From an uncultured Chloroflexota bacterium (GTDB lineage Bacteria; Chloroflexota; Limnocylindria; Limnocylindrales; CSP1-4): 64,000 bases of DNA. Where the stretch lies: the NCBI GenBank assembly GCA_947085195.1, contig CAMTVM010000005.1, positions 39,190-103,189 on the forward strand. The letters are read 5' to 3'. The notes under the pieces are model-generated. The model was given only the letters and a program-made list of their open reading frames with translations, was not told the origin of the DNA and made no database searches. The position numbers and the translations under genes are program-made. Positions 45,336 to 56,431 of this stretch are shown here, one piece after another (position 1 is the stretch's first letter; each line of letters begins with the position of its first letter).

Positions 45336-46582
45336 GATGCGCCGGGCGACGCCGTGGGTGCGGCTGAGGGCACCGGCGTGGATGCGGGCAGCTGGTCGGC
45401 CGGGATGAACCAGCCCGGTCGTGACACGCCGTCCAGGCCCGCGTTGGTCGTGAGGTCGACGGTCTCCTTGACCGCCCACGAGGGGCCCGAACCTTCGAGC
45501 TGGGCCAGGCGCAGGTCCACCACCTGCCCCGAGACGTGGAGGTAGGCGATCTGGTCGCCCCGGGGCGACCACGCGGGCGCCCAGCTCTCGCCGTCGGCGG
45601 TGACACGGAGCAGTTCCGCACCGGTCCGCGCGAGGAGGATGGTGACATCCGTCCCGAACGCCGTGGTCCTCGTCACGGCGAGGTACCGGCCGTCGGGTGA
45701 CCACGACGGGTGCAGGTAGCCGGGGCCGGTGATGGGGGCGGACTTCCTGGTCTCGGTGTTGTACTGGTAGATCCGCGGCATCCCCTTGGCGCCATCCCGG
45801 TCGCTCCGGACGTAGGCGAGGCGCAGGCCGTCCGGTCGCCAGGCAGGATCCTGGTGTCCAAGTGGGGCAACCTGGCTGAGGCCGAGGTCGGTGATCTTCT
45901 TCGTCTTGAGGTCGTACGTCCTGATCACGACGTCGCTGCGGGTCGGATCGGGCAGGTCGGTCGCCATCGCGATCGTCCTGCCGTCCGGTGACAGCACCGG
46001 CTCCCGGATGAAGCCCATCCACTTGAGCTTGCCGGCAGGATCGACCACCCCGTCCAGGATCCGGACTGCATCGCCCCCGGCTGCCGGCACGCGCATGACA
46101 CTGGGCACCTCCATCCGGTACCGCCGGTTCGAGCCATTCACGGGCCACCAGCCGGCCTCCGGCCGCGTTCTCACGAAGTAGACGGACGTACCGTCCGGCC
46201 CGAACGAGGGCATCGAGTCCGTGCCGCCGCGGGTGAGCTGGGTCGCCTTGCCACCCGACTGCGTCCAGATGTTGCCGTCCTTGGCGTACACCAGGATCCC
46301 GGGAACCTCGAGCCCCGGCTTCGTCGTTGGTACGACGACGATGTCCGGCGGCGTCGGCGTCCTGGCGACGGTCCCGGGGTCGCCGGAGCCGCCAGGGCCG
46401 GGTCCGCCGTTGCCGCCCGCCAGGAAGGGCAGGTTGCCGCCAGCCAGCGAGAGGGTCACGAGCGCGATCAGCACCAGCCCCACCAGCGAGAGGACAGCGG
46501 CGAGCGGGATCCCCCGGGACGACGGTCCACGGGAGCCTCGCGCCGTGGCCGCCCGGTCTACCGGGCGCGGCGAGCGGGTCAT
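45332..46582 (-). CDS. Membrane-anchored TolB-like (PD40/WD40-like) beta-propeller protein
   Basis: N-terminal TM (IPLAAVLSLVGLVLIALVTL), then repeated P.[FW]SPDG motifs (PSFGPDG, LSPDGRTIA, AWRPDG, PSWSPDGRYLA, PAWSPRGDQIAY). ATG 46582 in an ATGA overlap with the recJ stop. Confidence 0.72.
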   Translation of the reverse strand: MTRSPRPVDRAATARGSRGPSSRGIPLAAVLSLVGLVLIALVTLSLAGGNLPFLAGGNGGPGPGGSGDPGTVARTPTPPDIVVVPTTKPGLEVPGILVYAKDGNIWTQSGGKATQLTRGGTDSMPSFGPDGTSVYFVRTRPEAGWWPVNGSNRRYRMEVPSVMRVPAAGGDAVRILDGVVDPAGKLKWMGFIREPVLSPDGRTIAMATDLPDPTRSDVVIRTYDLKTKKITDLGLSQVAPLGHQDPAWRPDGLRLAYVRSDRDGAKGMPRIYQYNTETRKSAPITGPGYLHPSWSPDGRYLAVTRTTAFGTDVTILLARTGAELLRVTADGESWAPAWSPRGDQIAYLHVSGQVVDLRLAQLEGSGPSWAVKETVDLTTNAGLDGVSRPGWFIPADQLPASTPVPSAAPTASPGAS

Positions 46583-48471
46583 GCGATCCCTCCCGGAACG
46601 AGCGTGGTGGAGCCGGGTTCCGCCGTCCCGCTTCCGGCACCGCCGGCGGCGCGAGCCAGGACGGCGGCAGCCCGGGGATGGGACCCGGATTGCGCCACGT
46701 CCCTCACCTCGAGCTGGAGCGTCTCGAGCCCGCCGAAGGTCCTGCTCGCCACGCGGGCGACGACATCCACCCTGTCTCCCTCGGCGAGGGTCAAGGCCAG
46801 GTCCGCGCGCCCGAACGCGATGCCGTCGAGGACGTCGCGCTCCCGGCGCAGGACCAGCTGCGTGTGGCCGCCGTTGGCCACCCTGACGCGCTGCACGGTG
46901 AGGCCGAGGACGGCGACGAGCGGCTCCGGGTTGCCGGTCCCGCAGGGAGCCAGACGCGCGAGATCCCGGAACAGCCCGTAGTCGACGTAGGAAGCGGGAA
47001 GCGCGAGGTCGACCGGGAGCGGCCGGCGCGCATCCTCCGGAGCAGCCACCGCGGCAAGGACGAGGAACCGCGCCACGAACGCGTCCCAGCGATCGACGGG
47101 CAGCTCGAACCCGGCGGCAGCCGCGTGCCCGCCGTGGCGGATCAACAGGTCGTCGCAGACGTCCAGCGCCGCCGCGAGGTTGAGCCGTCCGTCGCCGCGG
47201 CACGAGGCCCGGATGACCTCGCCGATCCGCGTCCCGATGATCGCCGGGCGACCCGACTCGTCCGCGAGACGGCTGGCGACGAGGCCCACGATCCCCACGG
47301 GCCACGGGCCGTGCACGATCAGGGCCGGGGCGTCCGGAGCGCTTCCCACGACGATCTCCGGCGGCAGAGGCGCCGGGCCGTCGAGGAGCACCTGCTGGCC
47401 GGACGGCGGGCCGGGCTCCGGCAGGCCGATCGCCGTGCGTGCCTCGATGATCGCGGTTCGCATCAGGTCCCGGCGCGTGGAGTTGGCCGTCTCGAGGGCC
47501 GCCGCAAGAGCCGCCGCCTCGTCCGGAGTCCCGGCGAGCAGCAGGCGCGCAGCGTCCAGCGCCTCCCCCACCCGCCCGGCGGCGTTGAGACGGGGGGCCA
47601 GCACGAAGCCGACGGTCTCGAGGTCCACGGAGGCGGGCACGACACCCGCCCGCGCGAGGAGCGCCGCGATGCCCGGGCGCGGTGTGGTCCGCATCAGCTC
47701 CAGGCCGAGACGGGCGATCGCCCGGTTCTCACTCAGGATCGGCACGACGTCCGACACAGTCCCGATCGTGGCCAGGTCCGCCAGCTCGAGGGCCTCCCGC
47801 TCGGATCCCAGCAACTCGCCGAGCAGCAGGCGTGCCACCGTGAAGGCGACACCGCTCCCGGAAAGTCCCGCGTCCGGGTACGCGGAGTCCGCCCGGTGCG
47901 GGTTGACGATCGCCATCGCGGCCGGGAGGACGTCCGGCAGGTGGTGGTGGTCCGTGATCAGGACGTCGATCCCGCGCTCAGCCGCCGCGGCGACCTCGGT
48001 CACGCTGGTGGACCCGGTGTCGACGGTGACGATGAGCGACCGGCCCCCCTCCGCAGCGGCGACCACCGACGCCATCGATAGGCCGTGGCCCTCGTCCAGC
48101 CGGGACGGCACATACGGGACGACGTCCAGGCCGAGGCGCCGTAGCGCGATCACCAGCTGGGCGAGGCCGGTGAGTCCGTCCGCGTCGAAGTCACCGAACA
48201 CCATCACCCGTTCCGCGCGCTCTCGGGCCAGCGCGATGCGCGCGACCAGGCGGTCTGCGTCCGGCAGCAGACGTGGATCGTGGAGACCCGCGATCGCCGG
48301 TCCGAGGAAGCCCGCGAGGCCCTCGATGTCCGCGATGCCACGGCGAGCCAGGACGGCCGTGGCAAACGTCCCGAGGCCGTGCCCCCTGGCGGCGGCGCGG
48401 AACTCCGGGGCAAGACCGACCGGGTCCGGAAACACCCAGCGGTAGCGTGCTTCGATCATCGACCGGAGCAT
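46579..48471 (-). CDS. recJ: Single-stranded-DNA-specific exonuclease RecJ
   Basis: DHH motifs (FGDFDADGLTG, DEGHG, VTVDTG, LITDHH) and GGHAAAAG (DHHA1). Start is uncertain: 48471, 48459 or 48504. Confidence 0.9.
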   Translation of the reverse strand: MLRSMIEARYRWVFPDPVGLAPEFRAAARGHGLGTFATAVLARRGIADIEGLAGFLGPAIAGLHDPRLLPDADRLVARIALARERAERVMVFGDFDADGLTGLAQLVIALRRLGLDVVPYVPSRLDEGHGLSMASVVAAAEGGRSLIVTVDTGSTSVTEVAAAAERGIDVLITDHHHLPDVLPAAMAIVNPHRADSAYPDAGLSGSGVAFTVARLLLGELLGSEREALELADLATIGTVSDVVPILSENRAIARLGLELMRTTPRPGIAALLARAGVVPASVDLETVGFVLAPRLNAAGRVGEALDAARLLLAGTPDEAAALAAALETANSTRRDLMRTAIIEARTAIGLPEPGPPSGQQVLLDGPAPLPPEIVVGSAPDAPALIVHGPWPVGIVGLVASRLADESGRPAIIGTRIGEVIRASCRGDGRLNLAAALDVCDDLLIRHGGHAAAAGFELPVDRWDAFVARFLVLAAVAAPEDARRPLPVDLALPASYVDYGLFRDLARLAPCGTGNPEPLVAVLGLTVQRVRVANGGHTQLVLRRERDVLDGIAFGRADLALTLAEGDRVDVVARVASRTFGGLETLQLEVRDVAQSGSHPRAAAVLARAAGGAGSGTAEPGSTTLVPGGIA

Positions 48472-48580
48472 GCCACGTCCGGCTTGTCGCGGACTTGCGC
48501 CCACGGACGAAGCGGCGTCGCGCGGGGCGCAGCCTGCGCCGACGGCCGGACCAGGTACCGGCGGGGGCCGGGCCCCCAGG

Positions 48581-49802
48581 TCACGTGGCCGAGCGGCGGC
48601 CTGAACGAACCGCGATCTCGGGCGCCCGCTTCCGGTCGTCCCACTCGTGCCACACGACCAGGATCGGGCTCGCGGTGAAGATCGAGGAGTAGGTACCGGC
48701 GACCATGCCGAGCAGCAGGGCGAGGACGAAAGTCCCGATCGCGTCCCCGGCGAACAGCAGCAGGGCGAGCAGCACGATGACCACGGTCAGGCTGGTGGTG
48801 ATCGACCGGCCGAAGGTCTGCAGGATCGAGTGGTTGACGATCCGGCTGAACGACTCGCCGGCGTGGCGCGCGCGGTTCTCACGAACCCGGTCGAACACGA
48901 CGATCGTGTCGTGGACCGAGAAGCCGATGACGGTCAGCATCGCCGTCACGAACAGGCCGTCGATCTGGAGGCCGACGAACGTCCCGAAGATGGCGAACAG
49001 GCCGACGACCACGATGACGTCGTGGATCAGCGAGATGAGGGCTGTCACGCCCATCTTGAAGTCCCGGAACCGGTAGGTGATCCAGGCCATGATCCCGATC
49101 GAGCCGATCAGGATCAGCAGCAGGGCCTGCGACACCAGATCGCTGGAGACGACGGCGCCGACGCTGGCCAGCGATCGCTGCTCGGCGATCGGGCCGAGGG
49201 CCTCCTCGAGCGCGTAGCGGACCTCGCCGAGCTTGCCGGTGGACGGCAGGATGCCGATCGGCTCCGGGGACGCGGACGGGCTGGGTGCGGCGCTCGCCGG
49301 GGCCGAGGGGGCAGGCGTAGCGGTTGGGGCGGGGGTGGGCGAGAACGTTGGCACGGGCGACGCGGTGGCCGACGCGGACGCATCCGGCGTGACAGCGGCT
49401 GAGCCCGCCGGCGCTGCGGTGGCCGACGGGGCTGCGGTGGCCGACGGGACCGACGGCGCTGCGGTGGCCGACGCGGAAGCCGTCGGCGCGATCGTGGGCG
49501 GCGCGGTCGGCGACGGCTCAGGCGCGGCCAGGGCAGCCTCGCGGGTCCGGATCTCCATGAACCCTTCGCCGGTCTGGGTGACGTTCGCCTCGGTCCCGAC
49601 GCGCGCGAAGACGTCCTTGACCGCCTGGGGCGTCACGGCCCCGTCCTCGAAGCGAATGCTCCACACGGTTCCCCCGGTGAAGTCGATGGCGAACTGGAGA
49701 CCGACCTTGCCCCCGGTGATGGGCCCGAGGAGGATGAACAGCAGGCCGGGGATCGTGATGGCGAGGGAGAACGCGAAGAACCAGTTCCTCTTCCCGATGA
49801 CG

Positions 49803-49810
<8 letters not shown>
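48581..49810 (-). CDS. secF: Protein translocase subunit SecF, with a roughly 95-aa Ala/Pro/Ser/Thr low-complexity insert
   Basis: The SecF N-terminus (FAIDFTGGT) and C-terminal TM bundle (SLIHDV...GFSVHDTIVVFDR.REN) are intact. The insert occupies residues about 92-190. Confidence 0.9.
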
Positions 49811-51164
<1,354 letters not shown>

Positions 51165-51290
51165 CGGGGCGGGATGATACAGGGGACGGCGCCGCGGCGC
51201 CGCCCCACGGGCGCGACGTGGTCCGGAACCCGCCGGGCGGGTCGGGCGCCTTGCGTTTCAGCTCCCCGGCCGTGGCCTTGCGCCCGGCCT

Positions 51291-53150
51291 TCAGGCCTCG
51301 AGGTGCGCCTTGATCCGCTCCGCGAGCGCCCGCCCGATCCCCGGGACGGCTGCGATCTGCTCCACGGGCGCCTCGCGGACGCGCTTCGCCGACCCGAACA
51401 CCTTGAGCAGCTCACGTTTGCGCTTCGGCCCGACACCCGGCAGGTCGTCGAATGCCGACCGGACGGCCTTCCGGTTGCGCAGGCTGCGGTGGTACGTGAT
51501 CGCGAACCGGTGGGCCTCGTCGCGCAGCCGCTGGACCAGGTACAGGGCCTGCGATGTAGCCGGGAGCAGCACCGGGTCGGTACGGCCCGGCAGGATCAGC
51601 TCCTCGCGCTCCTTGGCCAATCCCGCCAGCGGCAGGTCTCCCAGGCCCATCTCCGCCAGCGCCTCGAACGCCGCACTCACCTGGCCGCGGCCACCGTCGA
51701 CGATCACGAGGTCCGGCATCGCCCAGCGCAGCTCCTCCTCGGTCCCCTCCTCGCCAGACTTCGTGCCCTGGAAGCGGCGCCGGAGCACCTCCTGGTGGCT
51801 GGCGAAGTCGTTGGCGCCCTCCACCGTCCTGATCCGGAACCGGCGGTACTCCCCCGTTCGCGGCCGGCCCTCCTCGAAGACCACCATGCTGGCCACGGAC
51901 TGGGCGCCCTGGAGGTTCGAGATGTCGTAGCACTCGATCCGCATCGGCGGCCCGGGGAGCCCCAGCGCGGTCGCCAGCTCCTCCAGCGCCCCCAGGGTCC
52001 TGCCCTCGTCCGCCAGCCAGCGGGCCGCCTCGCGGGCCAGGGCCTCGGCGGCGTTCCGGGTCGCCAGCTCCATCAGCTCCCGCTTCTCGCCACGCTGGGG
52101 AGTGCGAAGACGGACCTGCGTGCCGCGCTTCGCCGCCAGGAAGGCCTCCAGGTCCGCCTTGTCCGCCAGCGACCGCGGCACCAGCACCTCGCGCGGAACG
52201 CTCGTCGCCCGCGCGTAGTACTGCTCGAGGAAGCTGCCCAGCACTTCGTCGTCCGCCACGTCCCGGGGCGTGTCCAGGAAGAACACGTCCCGCCCGAGCA
52301 TCTTGCCGTTGCGCACGACAAACAGCTGCACCGCCGCCTGGCCGTCCCTGCGCGCCATCGCCACGAGGTCCAGTTCCGTGCGGGCGAAGGCCGCCATCTT
52401 CTGGCTCTCCATCGTCCGCTCGATGGCCCGGATCTTGTCCCGGACGACGGCCGCCTTCTCGTACTGCTCCCTCTCCGCGGCGACTGCCATCTCGTCCTTG
52501 AGCCCATCGACGAGCGTGTCCGTGTTGCCCTCCAGGAACAGCTCGACCTGCGCGATGTCCGCGCGGTAGGCCGCCTTCGGGATCGCCTCGACGCACGGAC
52601 CCTGGCAGCGCTTGATGTGGTAGAGGAGACACGGCCGTGGCAGCGCCCGGGTCCCCTCGCGGATGTCCACGGTGCAGGTGCGGAACGGGAACAGCCGCCG
52701 CACGAGGTTCATCGCCTCGTCCACGGAGCTCGCCGATGCGTACGGCCCGAAGTAGCGGCTGCCGTCGTCGGGGAGCTTGCGGGTCCGCTCGATGCGCGGG
52801 AACTCGTCGCCCAGCGTGATCTTGATGTAGGGGTAGCTCTTGTCGTCCTTGAGGCGGACGTTGAAGCGGGGCCTGTACCGCTTGACCAGGTTCGCCTCGA
52901 GCAGGAGCGCCTCCGAGACGGAGTCCACCTCAGTGACCTCCAGGTCGACCACGCGCTCGATCGCCTGCCGGATCCGGTGGACGTCGCCCGGCCCGCGGCC
53001 CGTCGACGGCTTCTGCCAATAGCTCCTCACACGCTGGCGCAGGCTCTGGGCCTTGCCGACGTACAACACCTCGCCGCGGGCGTCCTTCAGCAGGTACACG
53101 CCGGGCCGGTCTGGCAGGCTCGCGAGTGTGGCGGCAAGCTCGGGGGTCAC
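51291..53150 (-). CDS. uvrC: Excinuclease ABC subunit C
   Basis: GIY-YIG (PGVYLLKDARGEVLYVGKA), the UvrBC domain, an RNase H-like endonuclease domain and a C-terminal HhH2. GTG 53150 preferred; ATG 53243 possible. Confidence 0.94.
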   Translation of the reverse strand: MTPELAATLASLPDRPGVYLLKDARGEVLYVGKAQSLRQRVRSYWQKPSTGRGPGDVHRIRQAIERVVDLEVTEVDSVSEALLLEANLVKRYRPRFNVRLKDDKSYPYIKITLGDEFPRIERTRKLPDDGSRYFGPYASASSVDEAMNLVRRLFPFRTCTVDIREGTRALPRPCLLYHIKRCQGPCVEAIPKAAYRADIAQVELFLEGNTDTLVDGLKDEMAVAAEREQYEKAAVVRDKIRAIERTMESQKMAAFARTELDLVAMARRDGQAAVQLFVVRNGKMLGRDVFFLDTPRDVADDEVLGSFLEQYYARATSVPREVLVPRSLADKADLEAFLAAKRGTQVRLRTPQRGEKRELMELATRNAAEALAREAARWLADEGRTLGALEELATALGLPGPPMRIECYDISNLQGAQSVASMVVFEEGRPRTGEYRRFRIRTVEGANDFASHQEVLRRRFQGTKSGEEGTEEELRWAMPDLVIVDGGRGQVSAAFEALAEMGLGDLPLAGLAKEREELILPGRTDPVLLPATSQALYLVQRLRDEAHRFAITYHRSLRNRKAVRSAFDDLPGVGPKRKRELLKVFGSAKRVREAPVEQIAAVPGIGRALAERIKAHLEA

Positions 53151-53268
53151 GGTCCGATTGTGGGACCTGACCGGGGATGGTGCCCTCGGCCCCGGGCGGT
53201 ACCTGCCGGGAACGGACGGGTCCGGGCCGGTTTGGCGCGGCATAAGTGGCTCCGGCCATCCTCACCGC

Positions 53269-54969
53269 ATGCACGGCCAGGCTCACCCGACCGTCACCGA
53301 GCGCCTGGGTCGCCTGGCGCCAGATCAGCGGGCGGCCGCCATGGCGCCCCCGGGTCCGGTGCTGTGCGTGGCGCCGGCCGGCTCGGGCAAGACGACCACG
53401 CTGGTGGCGCGCGTGGCCTGGCTGGTGGACGGCGGCGCAGATCCTGCGTCCGTCTGCATCGTCGCGTTCAACAAGCGCGCAGCCGAGGAGCTGACGGCCC
53501 GGGTGGACGCGGCGCTCGCGCCACTGGGCGTGGCGGCGGGTGCGGTCCGGGTGCGGACGTTTCATGCTCTGGGCAGGGAGATCCTGCGGGACGCGGGCGT
53601 GGCGGTGGAGCCGCTGGTGGACCGGGACGCCCTGCTCCGGGACCTGTTCCCCGCGATCGGGCCGGCGGACCGGGGGCGGCTGGACCTGGCGTTCTCGCGG
53701 CTGAAGCTGGACCTGCGGGTGTCCGCGGAGGACGTGGCGGCGGACCCGGCACCCGGGCCTGTCGCGCGGGCATTCATTGCCTACGAGCGAACGATCCTGG
53801 ACTCGGGCGGCGTGGACTTCGACGACTTCGTGATCCGGGCGCTCCGGTGCCTGGAGGGGGACGAGGCAATGCTGGCGCGGTGGCGGGCCCGGACAGCGCG
53901 GCTGCTGGTGGACGAGGCACAGGACCTGGACCGGACGCAGCTGGACCTTGCCCTGCTGCTGGCGGCGCCAGGGAACAACGTGTTCCTGGTCGGCGACGAC
54001 GACCAGACGATCTACGGGTGGCGCCTGGCGGACGTCAGGCGGGTGCTCGGACTTGCGGGCTCCCTGCCGCACCTGCGAAGGGTGGACCTCGAGACGAACT
54101 ACCGCTGCCCACGGCCGGTGATCGAGCGTGCCGTCCGGCTGGTGGAGCACAACGAGGAGCGGTTCGCGAAGCGGATCAAGGCGGGCCCGGCTGCGACGGG
54201 GCGCCTGGTCGTGGCGCCCGACGCGGCGGATGACGCCGTCCGGGTGGCGCGGGCGATGCGATCGTGGCCGGCGGATGGCTCGTCCCGGGCGGTCCTCGCC
54301 CGTACGAACCGGGAACTGCTGGTGGCGGTAATCGCGGCACTGGACCTGGACCTGCCGTTCCGGGCACCGGACCTGCGCCTGCCGATCGAGGACCCGCGCC
54401 TGGACGACCTGCTGGACCGGCTGGATGCGACGGCGGGCGCGGCTCCGCTGGCGGACGCAGCGCCGGCGGCGCTCCTCCCGACCCTCGGATGGCTGCGCGC
54501 CACGGTACGGGCCGAGGACGACGCTGCCGGCGTCGAGCCCACCGACGAGCCCTCCCGCGCCGATCTCGTCACCGCCCTGCTCGGCTGGGCGGCACCACTC
54601 CCGGACGCCGCCTCCCTCCGCGCTGCCATCACAACCCGGCGCGCGGCCCTCACCCGCCTTCGCCGGGACGACGCCGCGCTGAGTCTCGCCACCGCCCACG
54701 GCACCAAGGGCCTCGAGTGGGATCACGTCCTCGTGCTGGCGGACGGGTTCCCCGGCCGGCGGTCCGTCACCGATGCGACCGAGCCGGAGCGCGCGCTCGA
54801 GGAGGAGCGGCGCCTCGCCTACGTCGCCTGGACCCGCGCCCGCCGATCGCTCACCCTGCTGTTCGACCCGGAGGCGCCGTCCCAGTTCCTCTCCGAGGCC
54901 TTCGATCCGCACGAGTTGGGAATGGAGCCGGGTCGGGCCCTGCCGGCAACGTACACTCACCCGACCTGA
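53269..54969 (+). CDS. UvrD/Rep-type SF1 DNA helicase (short form, about 566 aa)
   Basis: Motifs APAGSGKTT (I), TFHALG, LLVDEAQD (II), LVGDDDQTIYGWR (III), NYRCP, TAHGTKGLEWDHV (V) and RRLAYVAWTRAR (VI). ATG 53269. Confidence 0.85.
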   Translation: MHGQAHPTVTERLGRLAPDQRAAAMAPPGPVLCVAPAGSGKTTTLVARVAWLVDGGADPASVCIVAFNKRAAEELTARVDAALAPLGVAAGAVRVRTFHALGREILRDAGVAVEPLVDRDALLRDLFPAIGPADRGRLDLAFSRLKLDLRVSAEDVAADPAPGPVARAFIAYERTILDSGGVDFDDFVIRALRCLEGDEAMLARWRARTARLLVDEAQDLDRTQLDLALLLAAPGNNVFLVGDDDQTIYGWRLADVRRVLGLAGSLPHLRRVDLETNYRCPRPVIERAVRLVEHNEERFAKRIKAGPAATGRLVVAPDAADDAVRVARAMRSWPADGSSRAVLARTNRELLVAVIAALDLDLPFRAPDLRLPIEDPRLDDLLDRLDATAGAAPLADAAPAALLPTLGWLRATVRAEDDAAGVEPTDEPSRADLVTALLGWAAPLPDAASLRAAITTRRAALTRLRRDDAALSLATAHGTKGLEWDHVLVLADGFPGRRSVTDATEPERALEEERRLAYVAWTRARRSLTLLFDPEAPSQFLSEAFDPHELGMEPGRALPATYTHPT

Positions 54970-55004
54970 CCAGCACGAGCCGGGAGGAGCCGGATGCTCA
55001 TGCG

Positions 55005-55541
55005 ATGCCACGGGACCCGACCGACGACCGCGCACGCTGCCGACGAGCGGCGGGCCTTCGGGTCGTGAACCGGTTGCCGGCGCTCGGGCCCCGCGGGGAG
55101 GGCTGGGTCGTCATCCAGTTCGTGCTGCTGGCGCTGGTTGCGGGTGCGGGGTTCACCGGCCCGGCATGGGAGGGGGCCGCGCTCGCCGTGACGAGGATCG
55201 TCGGCGTCGTGATCCTGGCCGTCGGCGGGCTGCTCGCGTTCCGTGGCGTGGTGGACCTCCGCGGCGCCCTGACGCCGCTCCCCCACCCGCGCGACGGCGC
55301 TTCTTTGGTGGACACGGGTTCCTACGGTCTCGTGCGTCACCCGATCTACGGCGGGATCATCCTCGGGGCCGCGGGGTTCGGGCTGCTCATGGCCGCGCCG
55401 CTCGCGCTGGTGGGGGCCGTCGTCCTGCTTGCGTTCTTCCGGCTCAAGGCGGGCCGCGAGGAGCTTTGGCTGGAGGCCCGCTACCCAGGCTACGCGGCCT
55501 ATCGGGCACGCACGCGCCGGTTCATCCCGCGCCTCTACTGA
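55005..55541 (+). CDS. Membrane methyltransferase, isoprenylcysteine carboxyl methyltransferase (ICMT)/PEMT-like family
   Basis: 178 aa with 4-5 TM segments, the LVDTGSYGLVRHPIYGG motif and C-terminal EE..L...YPGY..Y..RT.RFIP. Confidence 0.75.
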   Translation: MPRDPTDDRARCRRAAGLRVVNRLPALGPRGEGWVVIQFVLLALVAGAGFTGPAWEGAALAVTRIVGVVILAVGGLLAFRGVVDLRGALTPLPHPRDGASLVDTGSYGLVRHPIYGGIILGAAGFGLLMAAPLALVGAVVLLAFFRLKAGREELWLEARYPGYAAYRARTRRFIPRLY

Positions 55542-55652
55542 GCCCGGGCTTCCGACTGCCGACTGGATGCCTTGATGATTCGGCAGCCTGGAACGAGCGA
55601 CGGACGCCAACAGTTCGTCCGTACCAAGCCCCGCGTCCGACCCGGCGCGGAA

Positions 55653-56117
55653 TCAGGCCGGGCGTGCGGATCCGTCGGCGCCGTCCGCCCCGGTGCGTGC
55701 GTCGCGGTCGAGTTCCCCGTCGTCGGCCACGCTGTCGTCGGCCTCGCTGGCGGACTCCGCATCGACTGGCGCCGCGGCCGCGGCGTCGACGGACGCAGAG
55801 TGACTGCGCAGCTCGTCGATCGCCGTCCCCTCCCATAGCGGGACTCCCGTGAGGTACGCCGCGCGGCCGATGAGGTGTCCCGACACCGGGACGGTGAGGA
55901 ACACGAACGTGATCGCGAGCACCGCGCGGACCCCGACGGCGAGGTCCCCGAACTCGAGGATGAGCGCCACCAGCAGGCACCCTGCGCCGAGCGATGCCGC
56001 CTTCGTGGAGGCCTGGAGCCGGACGTATACGTCGGGCAGGCGCAGCACGCCGATCGCGGCGAGGAGCATCAGCAGGCTGCCGAGGACGACGAGCGCGGCC
56101 GCGACGAGGTCGATCAT
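55653..56117 (-). CDS. mnhG: Na+/H+ (Mrp/Mnh) antiporter subunit G, with acidic C-terminal tail
   Basis: LRLPDVYVRLQASTKA...FLTVPVSGHLIGRAAY. Last gene of the mrp operon. Confidence 0.88.
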   Translation of the reverse strand: MIDLVAAALVVLGSLLMLLAAIGVLRLPDVYVRLQASTKAASLGAGCLLVALILEFGDLAVGVRAVLAITFVFLTVPVSGHLIGRAAYLTGVPLWEGTAIDELRSHSASVDAAAAAPVDAESASEADDSVADDGELDRDARTGADGADGSARPA

Positions 56118-56431
56118 CGGGTTCGTCGCCGCTCGATGAACTGGGCCAGGACGACCGCGCCCAGGAACGCCACGAGGATCAGCGCGATGGCGACGTCGAG
56201 ATAGGCCGACACCCTCGTGGCGATGCTGGTGACGGCAACCACGCCGACGAACAGGGACGCGACGAGCTCGAGCGAGACGATGCGGTCGGGCAGGCTCGGC
56301 CCGCGCAGGAGGCGGAGGATCGCAAGCACGAGCGCGGCGCTCAGCATCGCGAACGCGGCCACGATCGCCGCGGACAGCGCGGAGGCGCCGAGCGCGTCGA
56401 TGCTCGCCACGAGCTCGTCGAGCGCCGTCAA
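56114..56431 (-). CDS. mnhF: Mrp/Mnh antiporter subunit F
   Basis: 105 aa with 3 TM segments and LLRGPSLPDRIVSLE. Confidence 0.85.
   Translation of the reverse strand: MTALDELVASIDALGASALSAAIVAAFAMLSAALVLAILRLLRGPSLPDRIVSLELVASLFVGVVAVTSIATRVSAYLDVAIALILVAFLGAVVLAQFIERRRTR

Noticed and set aside
55542-55652. Two hairpins (CTGCCGA..TCGGCAG and GGACG..CGTCC) between the convergent methyltransferase and mnhG genes
   Set aside because: These are ordinary convergent-gene terminator-type structures, and nothing suggests a separate RNA gene.
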